64,000 nucleotides of DNA from the human T2T-CHM13v2.0 reference genome, Homo sapiens. The position numbers and the translations under genes were made by a program. The DNA lies in NCBI RefSeq assembly GCF_009914755.1, contig NC_060926.1; one strand, written 5' to 3'. The notes under the pieces are model-generated. The model was not told the DNA's origin. It made no database searches and worked only from the letters and a program-made list of their open reading frames with translations. Every line of letters begins with the position of its first letter. The first letter of the stretch is position 1. This document shows positions 45,013 to 59,151 of the stretch, piece after piece.

Positions 45013-48000
45013 ATGTTAAATACAGAAATTGAAATGTATTCTCCTTAGTATTTAGTGATAATTGAAAGGAATCTTGCACTATGCCCATTTTCACTTTTAT
45101 GAAGAAAAAAACCACTTTTGGTCTCTGTAATAAAATATGTGTTATTGACTTTACTGGTACAAACAGTGGCCTGTTTACATAGTAGCACTTAGTTTACTTA
45201 AGCATAATAGGGGACTAATAACATTCCCACATGATTGGTTATAACTGAGATTACAAGAAACTACATGTAAAGTTGTTATCACAGGCCCAGGTCATAGATG
45301 CCCTGAAATAGAAAATAGTTATTACATGTCATTAATGAACATATAATCTCTAGATCCTATTTGAAATTATTATATGATTCAGTGATATAGATTATTATAA
45401 TATTTTGGCACTGCTTTTTCTTGAAAGTATCTATTAAAACAACTTTTATATTCGGTATGTGTAACTTTACTTTGACTTGGGAAATATAAATTTTTACTTT
45501 GTTCTAAGCCCATAGTACCTGTCTCTTTATAGTAATTTTCCTCTAGGCCAAATGAGCCAAAGAGAATGACCAAAGCAGAGGGAAAGGCCATCTGAGAGGC
45601 TTTCATCCTTCCTTCTTCTTGGCTACCTGCTGGCTTCTGTTTGTTTCTCAATGGCTAGCAGCTATTGAGTTCTCTAGATGCCATTCTATCTTCCTAGCAA
45701 TCTTTGGGCCTCAGGGTTATCTGCTGCTTTCCTTTTCTAACTGCAGCTCTGCTCTCTTTGTTTATCTTAGCTCTTCTCTCTGTCTTCTTGTTACTTGTTT
45801 TGCTTCTTCCAGTCTACTTGTGCAGTGGTTAAAACTTTGCTCCTTCCATAAAGTAGTTAAAACTCTAGCAGTCTTCTAATAGTATTATTTATTTCTTCCA
45901 CCTGTGTAACTCTTTCTACTTATTTCATCTTGCTTCAATGCCAACAACTAAGTATCCTAGATAATTTCATATTCAGACCTCCTAAGAAATATAATATCAC
46001 TTGGTCATTAACCATCAGGAGTACCCATTTTACACGAGTATATTTTGTTGAGAAGTTTTGACTTCATCTTGGCCCTGATTTCTGATACTCTTATTTCTGT
46101 CAAAGAGCAGATACTTGAGATCACTGGTCAAGAAACAAGTTATTCGAAGAGGTGGTCTGTGGAGATAGTAGACCCTTTTATGGAAATCTTCTCTATGACC
46201 ATCCCAAAATAAAGAAAATGTGATTGACTAAAAAATCTATAGTTGATGCTATTAAGGAGTATAACGTGGGTAAAAATGTCAACTTCCCATGTACATTTCA
46301 CATGTAGAAGTCATAGAGAATAGCACTTCCCATGAAGTGGCAAGTTTCTTTTTGCTTTTATGATTCCTAGTTTACTGTTGCTGTTGCTAATAAAGCTACC
46401 TGATTAGGGCAAGAATAATCAAATTCTTCTGGAAGCAATCTTTGCCATTCTGCTGGCAGATTTTCTGTGTTTTCACTCTTTCCTGATTTTTCTGAGGATC
46501 GTAATTGTAATAACTATCTGCCCACTAGTGCAAGGTACAGGAACAACCTCAGCATGCAACTGAGTGCTTACTGAAAGTTTAAATCCATATCAGTTTGCCA
46601 TGTGAGCCACATTCCAAGTACATTCAAGTCTTACACGTCCCTGAAGTCTATTTCTGCATTTCTCCACTACATAGGATGCTTAAGGAGCATCAGCCAGTAT
46701 CCGTGTTCAAAATGACCCTTCCCAAAGTCCACAAACTAATTTTCCAAAAAAAAGCCTGGATTACACAACTCTCTCTTTTCTCGGGGTGAATTCTCTGATC
46801 GCCCACAGTACTTCCCTTCCCTAAGTTTCCTGACCCCTTTTATTGAGACTTGTGTCTTCATTCCCTTACAGTGTTTAAATCTGGAAGTCTTTTTCGCCAT
46901 TCTGAAAAAAGGCCTGCAGGTTCCTACTGAAAAGGAGTCACCGTTTATCCACCTTGATAGTCTTGTGCTCAGAAAATAGTAATGAAACTAAGAAACTGAT
47001 TCTTTCTCTGCATCATATTTGTTCTAAAACTTGGTTTTTATGGTACTTAAATACAACTATTATACTAATTCACAAATGTTATTACAGGCAATGTTGCAAG
47101 TGCTCTGTGTTTGATTTTTTTGATTAGTAATCAAGATTAAAAAAGATAAAAGGTAGAAAGAGCAGAGACTTGGACTCAGATCTTCTGTTCCCAATAGGTA
47201 TTCTCTTTCCATAAGAAGATAAAAGTTATATTCTGGTGATATGTCTTCAAAACTGGTGAGCACAGGTAGGGTAGAGCAGTTATTTTCAGAAGCAGTCAGG
47301 GGTGATAGAAATTCCAAGTTTTCTAGGTATTATCTATGCAATATTTTCCCCAACATTTAAATAAAATATTGTAGCAGAAAAGTAACTTAATATCCATATA
47401 TCCACCACCTAAGTATTGTCATTAATATTTTACCATATGTTATCATATATTGAAATCTACCTATGGAATATAGACAAGTTGTTGTCATTTTCTTTCCTCA
47501 CTGTGGTAGTTTCCCAGTGAGAAAAATAAATGTAAATAAATATCACCTATCTCATAGAATTCTTTTGGCATGACCCAAGAGAGCGTTTATAACAGATTAT
47601 CAAAATACTTACAATATGGCGAATCATAAAATTAATGAAAATGTTCTCTATGTGAGTAGTTCTCTTTCCATTCAAGGGAAAAGGATCTACTCTGAAAAAT
47701 CTCCAAGTAGTTTCAAGTTAAATTTATCATCAGAGACCAAACTTTCCCTAAGAAAATATTTTGATGTGAGTAGCTCTAGATTTCTGTAAGATTCCTTGGG
47801 TTAACAAAAAACTCATTTTAACTTCCTGAGATCCTTTGAAGTAAACGTAGTGTAGTGGCTGTCTTCCAGTCATCAAGGATCCACCAACCCCAATATTGAA
47901 TATTTAGACATTGTTTAGTCTGCAATGAATTTATGCAATTATTGCAGTACTATGTGTTTCTGGTCAGAATTGGCTGTTGGATACAGATTTTTGAAATTAG

Positions 48001-49179
48001 CATTTCATCAGGCCAGATGTTAATTCCCTTTGGCTTCTCATCCTAACTAATGGTACTTTATGCTATTTCCTTTCCTCAAGAGGCACCAAGAGATATCACA
48101 TCCAAGAACATTTATTAAGGAAAACATTTACTTTTAAAGCTGTTGGTTGAAATTAGTCTAAATGTATTTGTAGGTATAAAAGCACAGCAAAGGTCTTTAA
48201 GTAGAGATAAGATTAAGGTACACTAAGGTACCATTGATTAGAGAAGTGTATTCTAAAACAAGAGTTTGTAAAGAAAGAAACGGGCTAAGGAAGCAAAAGA
48301 GACTAGGATAATGATTTACTTTCTTAGATAAAAGAGTATAATGTGGTTGCATGGATTGTTATGTAGACAGTAAAGGGAGGAAAGTTGCACGATTTGTCTT
48401 CAACTTTACAATTCTGATTTTGAGGGGAGACCTGAAAAGCAGAGATTAAAAGATTTTTTAAAAAGGCAATTTGAGACCATACTTGACACCACAGGTCTTG
48501 AAAGATATATCAGAAAATATGAGTCTCACCTCTAGAATTGAACTCTATGATCTTTGTTTTTCTAATCTCTAAAATTAAAATGTTGTTAAAACATTATCTC
48601 CAATTTAAATATTAGCTTTGCAACTAGATAAAGATTGATGCTTTAAATAGAACTATATCAGAAGACTTTGATTAATAGAAAAGCATACTATTTTCTCCTA
48701 TTTTATAGGTGATATGTGAAAAAAATTGAATTAGATGTGGAAAAACCAATATAGCAAGGATTTAGAGAAACAGGTATTATTATGCAATTTTCATTAACAT
48801 GTACATTTGTATAATTTTTGGCAGAATTTCGATGTTTGTAATAAGTTGAAGAAGTTGCAGACATATATATGACAGGACTTATATACCTAAAGAAGGCAGG
48901 TTGGATGGGCCTTCTATGTGTGTTTTTTTGTCTGTTTATTTGCATAGAACACAACTGGAAGGATATATAGTAAGCAGTTAGCTTGGCTATTCTAGGAAAG
49001 CATAATAGGGAAATGATGATGGGAAACAGAAGAATGTTTATGTTCATCTGGGAAAACCCTTAGTTTTAAAGTTTTCTCTTGTTTTGAATTTTAATGTATT
49101 TAATAGAAATCCATTAAAGCTTTTTCCAGTCAGAGGTAACTTTAAGGCAAGTCAATCGTTAAAACTTCCCCTTTATCAA

Positions 49180-50700
49180 GATACTTTGTGAATTTCCATT
49201 AACATGATGGACTAAACCACAGTAGAAAAATTTCCACTTTTACTTTAAACATTATAATGGAACGCCTATAGATTCAACCTGTGTGAAAATTTACTTTCCA
49301 AGAAATACAGAGGATCACAGTCTTGGGGAATTTAAAATGAGTGTACTTAAAAATGTTCAAAAATATAAATAAAATAATAAAAATTATATAACATGAATGA
49401 GAATGGATGAATTTACTTTCAGAATGAATAAATAGCTAGTCATTGAAATTAAAAGAAAAATGGGTAAGAATAATAGTCAACTAGTTAGAACAAGACAGAG
49501 AATTAATGAATGGAGGATAAAAAAGAAAGTTATTAACTCTGCATCAGACCGGAATAAAAATGTGGAAAATGAAAACATTGGATTTGGGAGAACAGAATGA
49601 AATGATGTCACAATAGGAGAGAATGAAAGAAGTCAATATAAGAAGAGAAAATAACCTAAAAATTTCTATAATTAAATAAAGTCACATTCTCAATATCACA
49701 AAGAGAGTCTAAACAAAACAAAGCAAACAAACAAACAAACAAACAACAAATTCGTAACTACATACCACCTGGTAAGATTGCAGTGCATGTCCGATGATAT
49801 ATTTTTGACCTAGTGTGGGTGAAATATCTTTACTTCAATGATCTTTAGATTTAACTATATTAAAGTTAAGGATTTGTTTTTAACAAATAATCTAATAGTA
49901 GTTGATAAGCGGGGGAGAAAGAGTTTTCCTTTACAAAATTTGACAAGAGATTAACATTTAGAATACACAAAGAACTTGTGCACGACAACAAGAAGAGACC
50001 AAGAAAAAAAAAAAAGGAAGGGCGGCAATATGGTCAAATTATATCAATAGTCAATCACATAAGATTAAAAGACTAAGATATGATAGAAATCAGAAAACAG
50101 CAAATTATGTAATAAAATATCTATTTGTGCCATTAAAACATTATTATTGGGAGGCTGTATAAATATAATATATACAGAGAAGAATATTCCTGGAGACTGC
50201 TGGCAAAGAATTGAATCTTAGAAACCATTCAGGAAAGTAATCTGGCAGAGTTTAAAGATATTCATATTTGTATATCCTATCAGACTATCACATTTGCTGG
50301 CATATTTCCCAGAGGGACTTTTTTTGCATAACAAAAAGGGACACTCATATATTGTAAATTTAGGTATTGTTTGTCCTCACAAGAGACTAGTAGAAAGTCA
50401 CTGTCCATGATTAAGGAGATATGATTAGAAATATGTAGAGAAATTATGCTATGTATATATTATGCAGTAATTGAGTACAATAAAATGCAGCTAAATGGGC
50501 AGATCATCAAAACAAGTTTGAGTAAAAAGAAGTAAAAAAATAGAATAATATTTAGGTGACATATCTATTAAACGTAAACACCCACATATACACAATCCAT
50601 GCATGCATATATAAGGAACTGTGTCAAACTTTATTAAAGAAAATATCTATGAGGGAGAGGGCTAGGGCAGTGGGAATCAGACAGGAGGAGAAAAGCATAT
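49180..50700 (+). mobile_element. Highly decayed L1M fragments
   Basis: A-rich ORF1-like and ORF2/3'-like phrases (aaaaccattcaggaaagtaatctggcag-like, catatttgtatatcctat). Includes an (AAAC)n near 49711-49750. Confidence 0.5.
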
Positions 50701-50899
50701 ATGAAATAAAATGATAAAACATGAATTTAAAAAACGATGATTTACTGTGAACTGATATTATGATTAACTCAATTCTGTGTGTTCCATAGATAAATGAGGA
50801 AAAACCTTGATCAATATCATAGAAGCCTCGAGAAATGGGGACAAAGAACTAAGGGCTAAGGAAAAGATAGTAAATGGACAACACAAAATTAGATGGCAG

Positions 50900-53400
50900 A
50901 GACTTCTATTTGTGACAATGACAGAGTACCAGACAGCAGATATACCTCCCAGCCTAAAACAACTAAGAAACTTCGGGAGAATGTTTGAAAAAAAAAATTA
51001 TTTTCAGGCAGTGGACAGCAGGCAGCACAATACAGAGATCCCTGAGGGTTGAGAAACAAATAAGGTGAATTCTAAATTATCCGAACTTACTGATTGGAGA
51101 GTGTTTCCAGGTTGTGGTACTTGCCCCACAGTCACAGTAAATCTAAACAAAACCTGGCACATTTTCTGAATTGAGGAAAAAGAGATAAATACTTGGTAGG
51201 CTAAAGTGGCTAGAATTTTGAGGAGGATGTACCTGGGATTAGAAGGCTTAAAAGAAGGTGGGGGGACATTGGAGACATCTTTAATGAAGATCTCCTAAAA
51301 TTTCCAGCTGCACATTAATAAACACGTATGTAAGGAAACTGCCTGAGGCTGGTAAAAGATCCAGTAGAAAGGAGAAGGCAGAACAATAAACAGGGTTTCC
51401 ATAGCGCTGGAAATAGTCCAAGATTCAACAGCAGAGTGGAGAAATTTTGAAATACACAGGGCATTGGATTCAGTATTAAGAATTGTATTTCGTCAATGTG
51501 GGGACGCATTAGCCCAGACTAAAGCCTGCTCCAACACCACCTAACCAAGCTCAAAAGCAAGACTGGGGCAGGGAAGTGGGAGTATGCAAAATTTCTTCTC
51601 AGGGAATATATCTTCCTCCCAGAACAAAACTCTAATTAAAAGAACATGCACTCAAAAGAAAACAGCAACCAAACTTTTAAAATTAAAAATGACTGGCATC
51701 CAATAAACAATTATCTGGCATGAAAAAATATGTATTTTTAATAACGTGGAAAAATATAAATACCCCCAAATTACACAGATGACAGAATTTGTTAAATAAT
51801 ACATTAAGTAGTCATAAATAAAAGTTCATATATTCATGAATGTAGAGAAAAGCATAAATACATTAAGGAGAAACAAGATATGTTTTTAAAAGACTCAAAC
51901 TTCTGGAGATGAAAAACACAATGTCTGATAGGAAAAATACTGACTCCTAAGGGAGAATTATTTGCGGATTAGACATTATGGCAGGCAAGATTCTTGAACT
52001 TAAAGACATAGCAGCAGAAACTGTCTAAAATGAAAAATTAATAAGGCATCAGAGAACTATGAAATACTTCAATACACATGGAACTAATATACATGTAATT
52101 CAAGTGTCCAAAGAAAGGGGGTTGTAGAACATATATTTGAAAATTTAATGGCCAAAAATGTTTCAAGTTAAATAAAAATTTTACCAAAGTATAAAAAACT
52201 TCTAGCACATGAAAGATTCGTAAACTTTATCATGATACATCATAATGAAAACTGTTCAAAACAATAATGATGAGAGGTTTTAAAAAGCAACCAGAAAAAG
52301 AAGCATATTGTATAACGAAGCTTAGAAATAAGAATGACAGAATATATCTCATCAGAAGCGACACTGAAACAAAATGTTTAAAGAGCTAAAGATGAAAACT
52401 GTCAACCTAAAATTTTATTGCAGTAAAAGTTTAAAAATATCTGTGAAGAACAAAAAAGATACACTTTCAGACATAAAAATGCTGAATAAATTTATTACTA
52501 GCACAAGCCCTTTGTAAGTAATGTTGTAACCAAGTGAATAACAAAAGGAAACCTGTATCTTCACAAAGGAAGGAATATCACTAGAACTATTAACAATAAA
52601 AGTATATGATACATAACCTTATTTTTGAAATTTCTTTAAAAGATTAAGCAAAATAACTATGCATTATACAGATTTTAACCTGTATAGAAGGAAAATACAT
52701 ATGAAAATACCATTTTGAGAGAAGGTACATGTAAATTTACTGTTATAAGATTCTCATTTATAATGTGAAATTGGGAAATGATATAATGTTATTCTAACAC
52801 AGAGTGTGCTAAGGTAAAGATGTATCCTGTAAACTTGGAAAGCAGTCACTTATTAATAAACAGGTATAGCTAATAAGTCAATAAAGATGATAAAATGAAT
52901 CATTAAAAAAATCTAAAAGAAAAGAAGAGAGAAGGAGTAAAAAGAACAAATGAATGATTTATTTTCTCTTGGATATGTACCCAGTAATGAGATCACCTGA
53001 TCAAATGGTATCTCGTTTTAAGTTATTTGAGAAATCTCCAGACTGGTTTCTGCAGTAGCTGAACTAATTTACATTCTCGCCAACAGTGTATTAGCATTTC
53101 CTTTTCTCTGCAGCCTCACCAGCATCTGTTGTTGTTGTTGTTGTTGTTGACTTTTTATTAACAGCCTTTCTGACTTATGTGAGATGGATCCCATTTTGTA
53201 TCTAAAATATAAGGAAACATTTTTAAAAAAGAATAAATGAGACAAAATAAATACAAATAGCAAAATTAAATATCTAAACCCCAACATAGGAATAATAAAT
53301 GTAAATGCTCTAAAATTTCAATCAAAAAGAAGAGACTGTCATACTAAAAGTAACAGCCATCTATGTTTTCCAAAAAGAAATACACTTGAAAAATAAAATT
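50900..53400 (+). mobile_element. Old L1M 5'UTR/ORF1/EN-start remnant
   Basis: aaacttctggagatgaaaaacacaatgtctga, ttaaaaagcaaccagaaaaag, aaaactgtcaacctaaaatt, taaatgtaaatgctctaaa. Confidence 0.7.
52951..53200 (-). mobile_element. Isolated internal L1P ORF2 fragment with (GTT)n
   Basis: atacccagtaatgggat-like...gaactaatttacattc...ccaacagtgt...cctcaccagcatctgtt. Opposite orientation to the host L1M. Confidence 0.85.
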
Positions 53401-53559
53401 GTACATAAGAGTAACAGTTTATCTAGAGGTGAGGCATCTACACAACATGAAAAGTAAAATTTTATTGACTTTTTATGATTCTTTGCCATAGTGTGAATTA
53501 AATTTTATGAATTTGAGCCATAAGAAAGTATATCAAGTGAGGTTTCTGGAGTATATCTT

Positions 53560-54761
53560 TGTTTTTTTTTCTTACCACTTTTTTATTATACTTTAAGTTC
53601 TGGGATACATGTGCAGAACATGCAGGTTTGTTACATAGGTATGCCTGTGCCATGGTGGTTTGCTGCACCCATCAACCTGTCATCTACATTAGGTATGTCT
53701 CCTAATGCTATCCCTCCCCTAGCCTCGCACCCCGCAACATGCTCTGGTGTGTGATATTCCCTTCCCTGTGTCCATGTCTTCTCGTTGTTCAACTCCCACT
53801 TATGAGTGAGAACATGCAGTATTTGATTTTCTGTTCTTGTATTAGTTTGCTGAGAATGATGGTTTCCAGCTTCATCCATGTCCCTGCAAAGGACATGAAC
53901 TGATCCTTTTTTATGGCTGCATAGTATTCCATGGTATATATGTGTCACATTTTCTTTATCCAGTCTATCATTGATGGGCATTTAGGTTGGTTCCCAAGTC
54001 TTTGCTATGGTGACTAGTGCTGCAATAAACATAGTGTGCATGTGTCTTTATAGTTGAATGACTTATATACCCAGTAGGGGGATTGACGGGTTAAATGTTA
54101 TTGCTGGTTCTAGATCCTTGAGGAATCGCCACACTGTCTTCCACAATGATTGAACTAATTTACACTCCCACCAACAGTGTAAAAGTGTTGCTATTTCTCC
54201 CCATCCTCTCCAGCATCTGTTGTTTCCTGACTTTTTAGTGATTGCCATTCTAACTGGCATGAGATGGTATCTCATTGTGGTTTTGATTTGTATTTCTCTA
54301 ATGACCAGTGATGATGAGCTTTTTGTCATATGTTTCTTGGCCACATAAATGTCTTCTTTTGAGAAGTGTCTGTTCATATCCTTTGCCCACTTTTTGATAG
54401 GGTTGTTTTTTTCTTGTACATTTGTTTATGTTCCTTGTAGGTTCTGGATATTAGCCCTTTGTCAGATAGATAGATTGCAAAAATGCCATTGGGAAAACTG
54501 GCTAGCCATATGCAGAAAACTGAAACTGGACCCCTTCCTTAAACCTTATACAAAAATTAACTCAAGATGGATTACATACTTAAACATAAGACCTAAAACT
54601 TTAAAAACCCTAGAACAAAACCTAGGCAATACCATTTAGGACATAGGCACAGGCAAAGACTTCATGACTAAAACACCAAAAGCAATGTCAACAAAAGCCA
54701 AAATTGACAAATGGGATCTAATTAAAGAGCTTGTGCACAGCAAAAGAAACTATCATCAGAG
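53560..54761 (-). mobile_element. L1PA6-8-like 3' fragment with a 5' inversion (twin priming)
   Basis: Antisense 3'UTR and ORF2 at 53560-54484, then sense-oriented ORF2 at 54485-54761. TSD tggagtatatctt at 53547-53559 and 54762-54774. Confidence 0.95.
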
Positions 54762-54809
54762 TGGAGTATATCTTATAGACTTAAAACCCCTCCCCAACAA
54801 ATAATTAGT

Positions 54810-54915
54810 TATAACTCCCTTGGCAAGTCACTTGAACCTCTCCAAATATTGTGCTTCTTAACTATAAAATCATAGCAATAATAACTTATTTCAGATAATT
54901 GTGGTGGTAAATTAT
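54810..54915 (+). mobile_element. MIR remnant
   Basis: ccttggcaagtcacttgaacctctc...ctataaaat...aataataactta. Confidence 0.6.
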
Positions 54916-55286
54916 ATAGACTCTTTGCCTTTTTGGTATGAAATAAATATTGTAAGGTTATTACACATTTTTCTTTGTGGAAAGTGGTGTTATATTTAAA
55001 GAAACTTCTATGATGTTTATTGGAGAAACTGAAGACTTTTAACTAGAAATAATTCTTGATTAGAAAGCATAAGCGTGCATAAAATACAAAGAAGAATTTT
55101 GAATTCTGCCCTGGCTTAGATCTCTGATGTCTTAGAAGATCACCACATAATTAATATAGAGCCCTAAGATGTATTCATTTGTACATTTATAGGAATTCCC
55201 TTTACTTTTGACTTTTCTCATTTAAATTCTAAATAAAAATCTGCTTGAACAAAATGAAGTCAAATTAGCATTCTAATTATATACTT

Positions 55287-55686
55287 TGTTATGGACTTAA
55301 TGTTGGTGTTTCCTCAAAATTTATATGTTGAACCCTAACCGATGGTGATGCTATATTTAAAGATGGGTCCTCTAGGAAGTAATTAAGGTTAAATGAAGTC
55401 ATAAGGGAGGGGCCCTGATCTGATAGGATTAGTATTTTTGTAAGAAGAGATACCAGAGAGCCCTTTCTCTTTCTTTTCATGCACATGCACCAAGGAAAGG
55501 CCATGTGAGAACACAGTAAAAAGTAGGCTGTCTGTAAGCCAGGAAAAATACCCTTGCCAGAAACTGAATTGGTCAGAGCCTTGATCTTTACCTTCTAGCA
55601 TCTGTAATTGAGAGAAAACAAATTTCTGTTTTTTAAGCTACCCAGTCCACAGTCTTTTGTTTTTGCAGCCTGGGCTGGCTAATAAA
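55287..55686 (+). mobile_element. MLT1A-like MaLR solo LTR
   Basis: tgttatggacttaatg start, gtaattaaggttaaatgaagtcataagg, aaatttctgttttttaagctacccagtc. 5-bp TSD tactt at 55282-55286 and 55687-55691. Confidence 0.88.
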
Positions 55687-56842
55687 TACTTAGTTATTTT
55701 AAAATTGGCAATACTAACAAGTTATGAGGAGTAATATTGAAGCTATTTTCAGAAAAATCAGAGTTATAGGAGTCAAATGTTTTCTTCATTTTATTATGCT
55801 TATATTTTGCTCTAGGAATTACAATGTATAGAGCATATTATCTTTGCTCTAGGTTTTATTTTTCTACATCTATAAGGTATTATCTCCCTATCGTAAGTTA
55901 TACCAACTTCCCTGAAGTTATTATACGAAGAAGAATGCAAGAAGAGCAAATTCAACAACACAGGTGTCAGTTCTTGTACATCAGTGAATCAAGCTATAAA
56001 CGATTAAGTCCCGACTATTGTCTCAGGTTTAGGTTAGGCTGATATATAAATGGATTATGTAGGAAGGCTGCCTTAGGAAAAATAATTTATTTGAAATAGT
56101 AAGAGTTGCATATATGCAATAGTATTATAAGCAAACATACATAAGAAGCATATGCTATTAATATCAGTGTTTTAATCATAGCCAAAGGACAATAAACTTG
56201 CAGCGACATGTGGACTTTTCTGTGAGAGAAAATTAAAATCTCCTTTGTACTTGAAGGTAACAGAGAGCTTGTAAGGCAACTAGGACTTGAGGAAATACAA
56301 TTTCAAGAAAATGGGAGTTGTGCTGGAATTTGGTAGGACATTTTGCAGCAGCTATTTGCCTCATAATATTTTCCAATTCTGAGAACAGAGTAAAAAGTTG
56401 AGAATCTCAGCAACACTTGAGAAATGGTCTAATACTAAGAAACATGGAAAAAGAGATCTTGTAGCCATTGTTAAGACCAAAGACCATAGATACTCAAGGC
56501 CCTTGAATCACAGTGCAGCTTGGATGCAGATCAGAGTTACAGACCAACCCAGGTTCGCAGCTGGAACCTCTTGAAGTCTATGCTCTAGAGCCATGGTGAA
56601 CCGAAGAGTAGAGACTTAATTCAAAATGTAATCTAACTTTTAGTCATGATGATGCCAAATTAGATTAAGGTGATTAGTAGTGGTTCCATCTTTCCAGCAA
56701 AGATATAGGTGAACTCTCTAGGTAAGAGGAAAAAAAAATCACCCAGAGATTACAAAATTCCATACTTAAGGTCTGAGATTCAGTGAAAATCATTCTACCC
56801 CTTACATGAGAGAACAACTGATCTAAACTCAACTGAAAACAA

Positions 56843-58430
56843 ACATTGGTTTTATAACCTGAGGCTTGACTGAATTCATTTATCAAATATAGGATTCCGT
56901 TAGAGAAGTCTTTAGGATTTTCTATATATATCATTATATCATTGGCAAACAGAGATAGTTTGACTTCCCTTTTTCCAATTTGGTTGTCCTTTATTTCTTT
57001 CTCTTGCCTGATTTTTCTGGCTAGGACATCCAATACTAGGTGGAATACAAGGGGTGAAAGTGGGCCTCCTTTGTCTTTTTCCAGTTCTTAGGGGTAACGC
57101 TTTCAACTTTTCCCCATTCAATATGATGTTGGCTGTAGGTTTGTCATGTATGACTTTTATTATTTTAATGTATATTCTTTCTGTGCTTGGTTTGTTGAGA
57201 GTTTTTACTATAAAGGGGTGCTGGATATTATTGAAGGCTTATTTATGTCTATTAAGATGATCATATGGTTTTTGTTTTTAATTCTGTTTATGTGATGAAT
57301 CACATTTATTGACTTGCATATTTTGAACCACCCTTGCATCCCTGGGATGAAATGCACATAATCATGGTGGATTATCTTTTCGATATCTTTTTGGATTTGG
57401 TTTGCTACTATTTTGTTGAGGATTTTTGCATCTATATTCATTAGGAATGTTGGTCTATAGTTGTTTTTTTTTCTTTCTTTTTTGGTTATTTCATTTCTTT
57501 CTCAATCTTTTGGTATAGTTTAAGTAGGACTAGTACCAATTCTTCATTTAATGTCTTGTAGAAATTAGTATAACTGCTATACAACAATAACGACCAAGCT
57601 AAGAATCAAAGAACTCAGTCTCTTTTACATTAGCTGCATATAAAATAAAATAAAATACCTAGGAACATACTTAACTAAAGAGGTGAAAATCTCTACAAGA
57701 ACTACAAAACACTGCTGAAAGAAATCATAGATGACACAAATGAATGATAATGTATCCTGTGCTCATGTATTAGAAGAACCAATATCATTGAAATAACCAC
57801 AGTACGTGAAACAATCGACATATTTAATACAATTGCTATCAAAATACCAGCATCAGTTTTCAAAGAATTAGAAAAGACAATCCAAAATTCATATAGAACC
57901 AAGAAAGAGTCAGAATAGCCAAAATATTCTAAGCAAAAAGAACAAATCTGAAGGTATCACATTACTCAACTTCAACCTATACAACAAATCTATAGAAACC
58001 AAAACAGCATAATACTGGTGTAAAAGTAGATACATAGACCAATGGAACAGGATAGAGATAGCAGAAATAGAGTAAAATACTTACAGTCAACTGATCTTTG
58101 ACAAAGCATACAAAAACACATATTCATGAAAGGACACCCTGTTCAATAAATGGTGCTGGGAAAATTGGATAACCACATGCAGAAAGAATGAAACTAAATC
58201 CCTGTCTCTCACTATATACAAAAATAAACTGAAGATGGATTAAAGACTTAAATCTAAGACCTGAAACCATAAACATTCTAGAAGAAAACCTGGGAAAAAC
58301 TCTTCTAGACATTGACCTAGGCAAAGAAGTTATGACTAAGACCCCAAAAGCAAATGCAACAAAAACAAAAATAAATAAAAGGAAATTACATGGAAAAGCA
58401 TCTTCACAGCTAAAGAAACAATCAACAGAT
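56843..58430 (+). mobile_element. L1PB-like ORF2 fragment with a 5' inversion; 3' end lost
   Basis: Antisense RT segment at 56843-~57563 ([31 protein letters not shown]), then a sense segment at ~57564-58430 continuing from the same L1 position. Confidence 0.9.
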
Positions 58431-59104
58431 TGTTTTGAGCTACTAATTATTTAATATTATGTTGTTTAATTTCCGTATAGCAGCAAATATTCCAAATTTT
58501 CTTTTATTATTCTAAATTTATTCCATCGTGATCAAAGAATATGCTTTGTATGACTTCAAGTTTTAATTTATTGAGGCTTGTTTAATGGCCTAATATGGTC
58601 CATTCTGAAGAATATTCCACATGCACTAAAGAAAACCATGTAATCTATTGTTGGGTGGATAGTTCTATAGATGTCTATTAGATCTAATTGGTGTATAGTG
58701 TTTTTATGCTTTCTATTTCCTTGGTGATTTATCTTGTTGTTTTATTCACTAATAAAAGTGGGATGTTAAAGTCTTCAACAATCTTTATTTAAATATATAT
58801 TTCTCCATTCAATTCAGTTACGTTTTGTTTCATGTATTTTGGGGCTCCATTGAAATGTGCGTATATTCCTATAATTTTTTACTGTCTTAATGGATACACA
58901 CTTTTATTATTATTTACTGTCTTCTTTTGTCTGTCATCAGTTTTGTCTTAAGGTTTATATTGCTAGACATTAGCATAGCCTTTCCAAATTGTTTTGTGTT
59001 ACTGTTTACATGGAATATCTTTTTTTATACTTTTACTTTCAACTTATTTGCATCTTTGAATCTGAAATGAGTCTCTTGTTGATGGCATATAGTTGGATTA
59101 GGTT

Positions 59105-59151
<47 letters not shown>

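Noticed and set aside
53069-53287. PolyQ-containing ORF
   Set aside because: The Q run is the (GTT)n microsatellite inside an L1 fragment.
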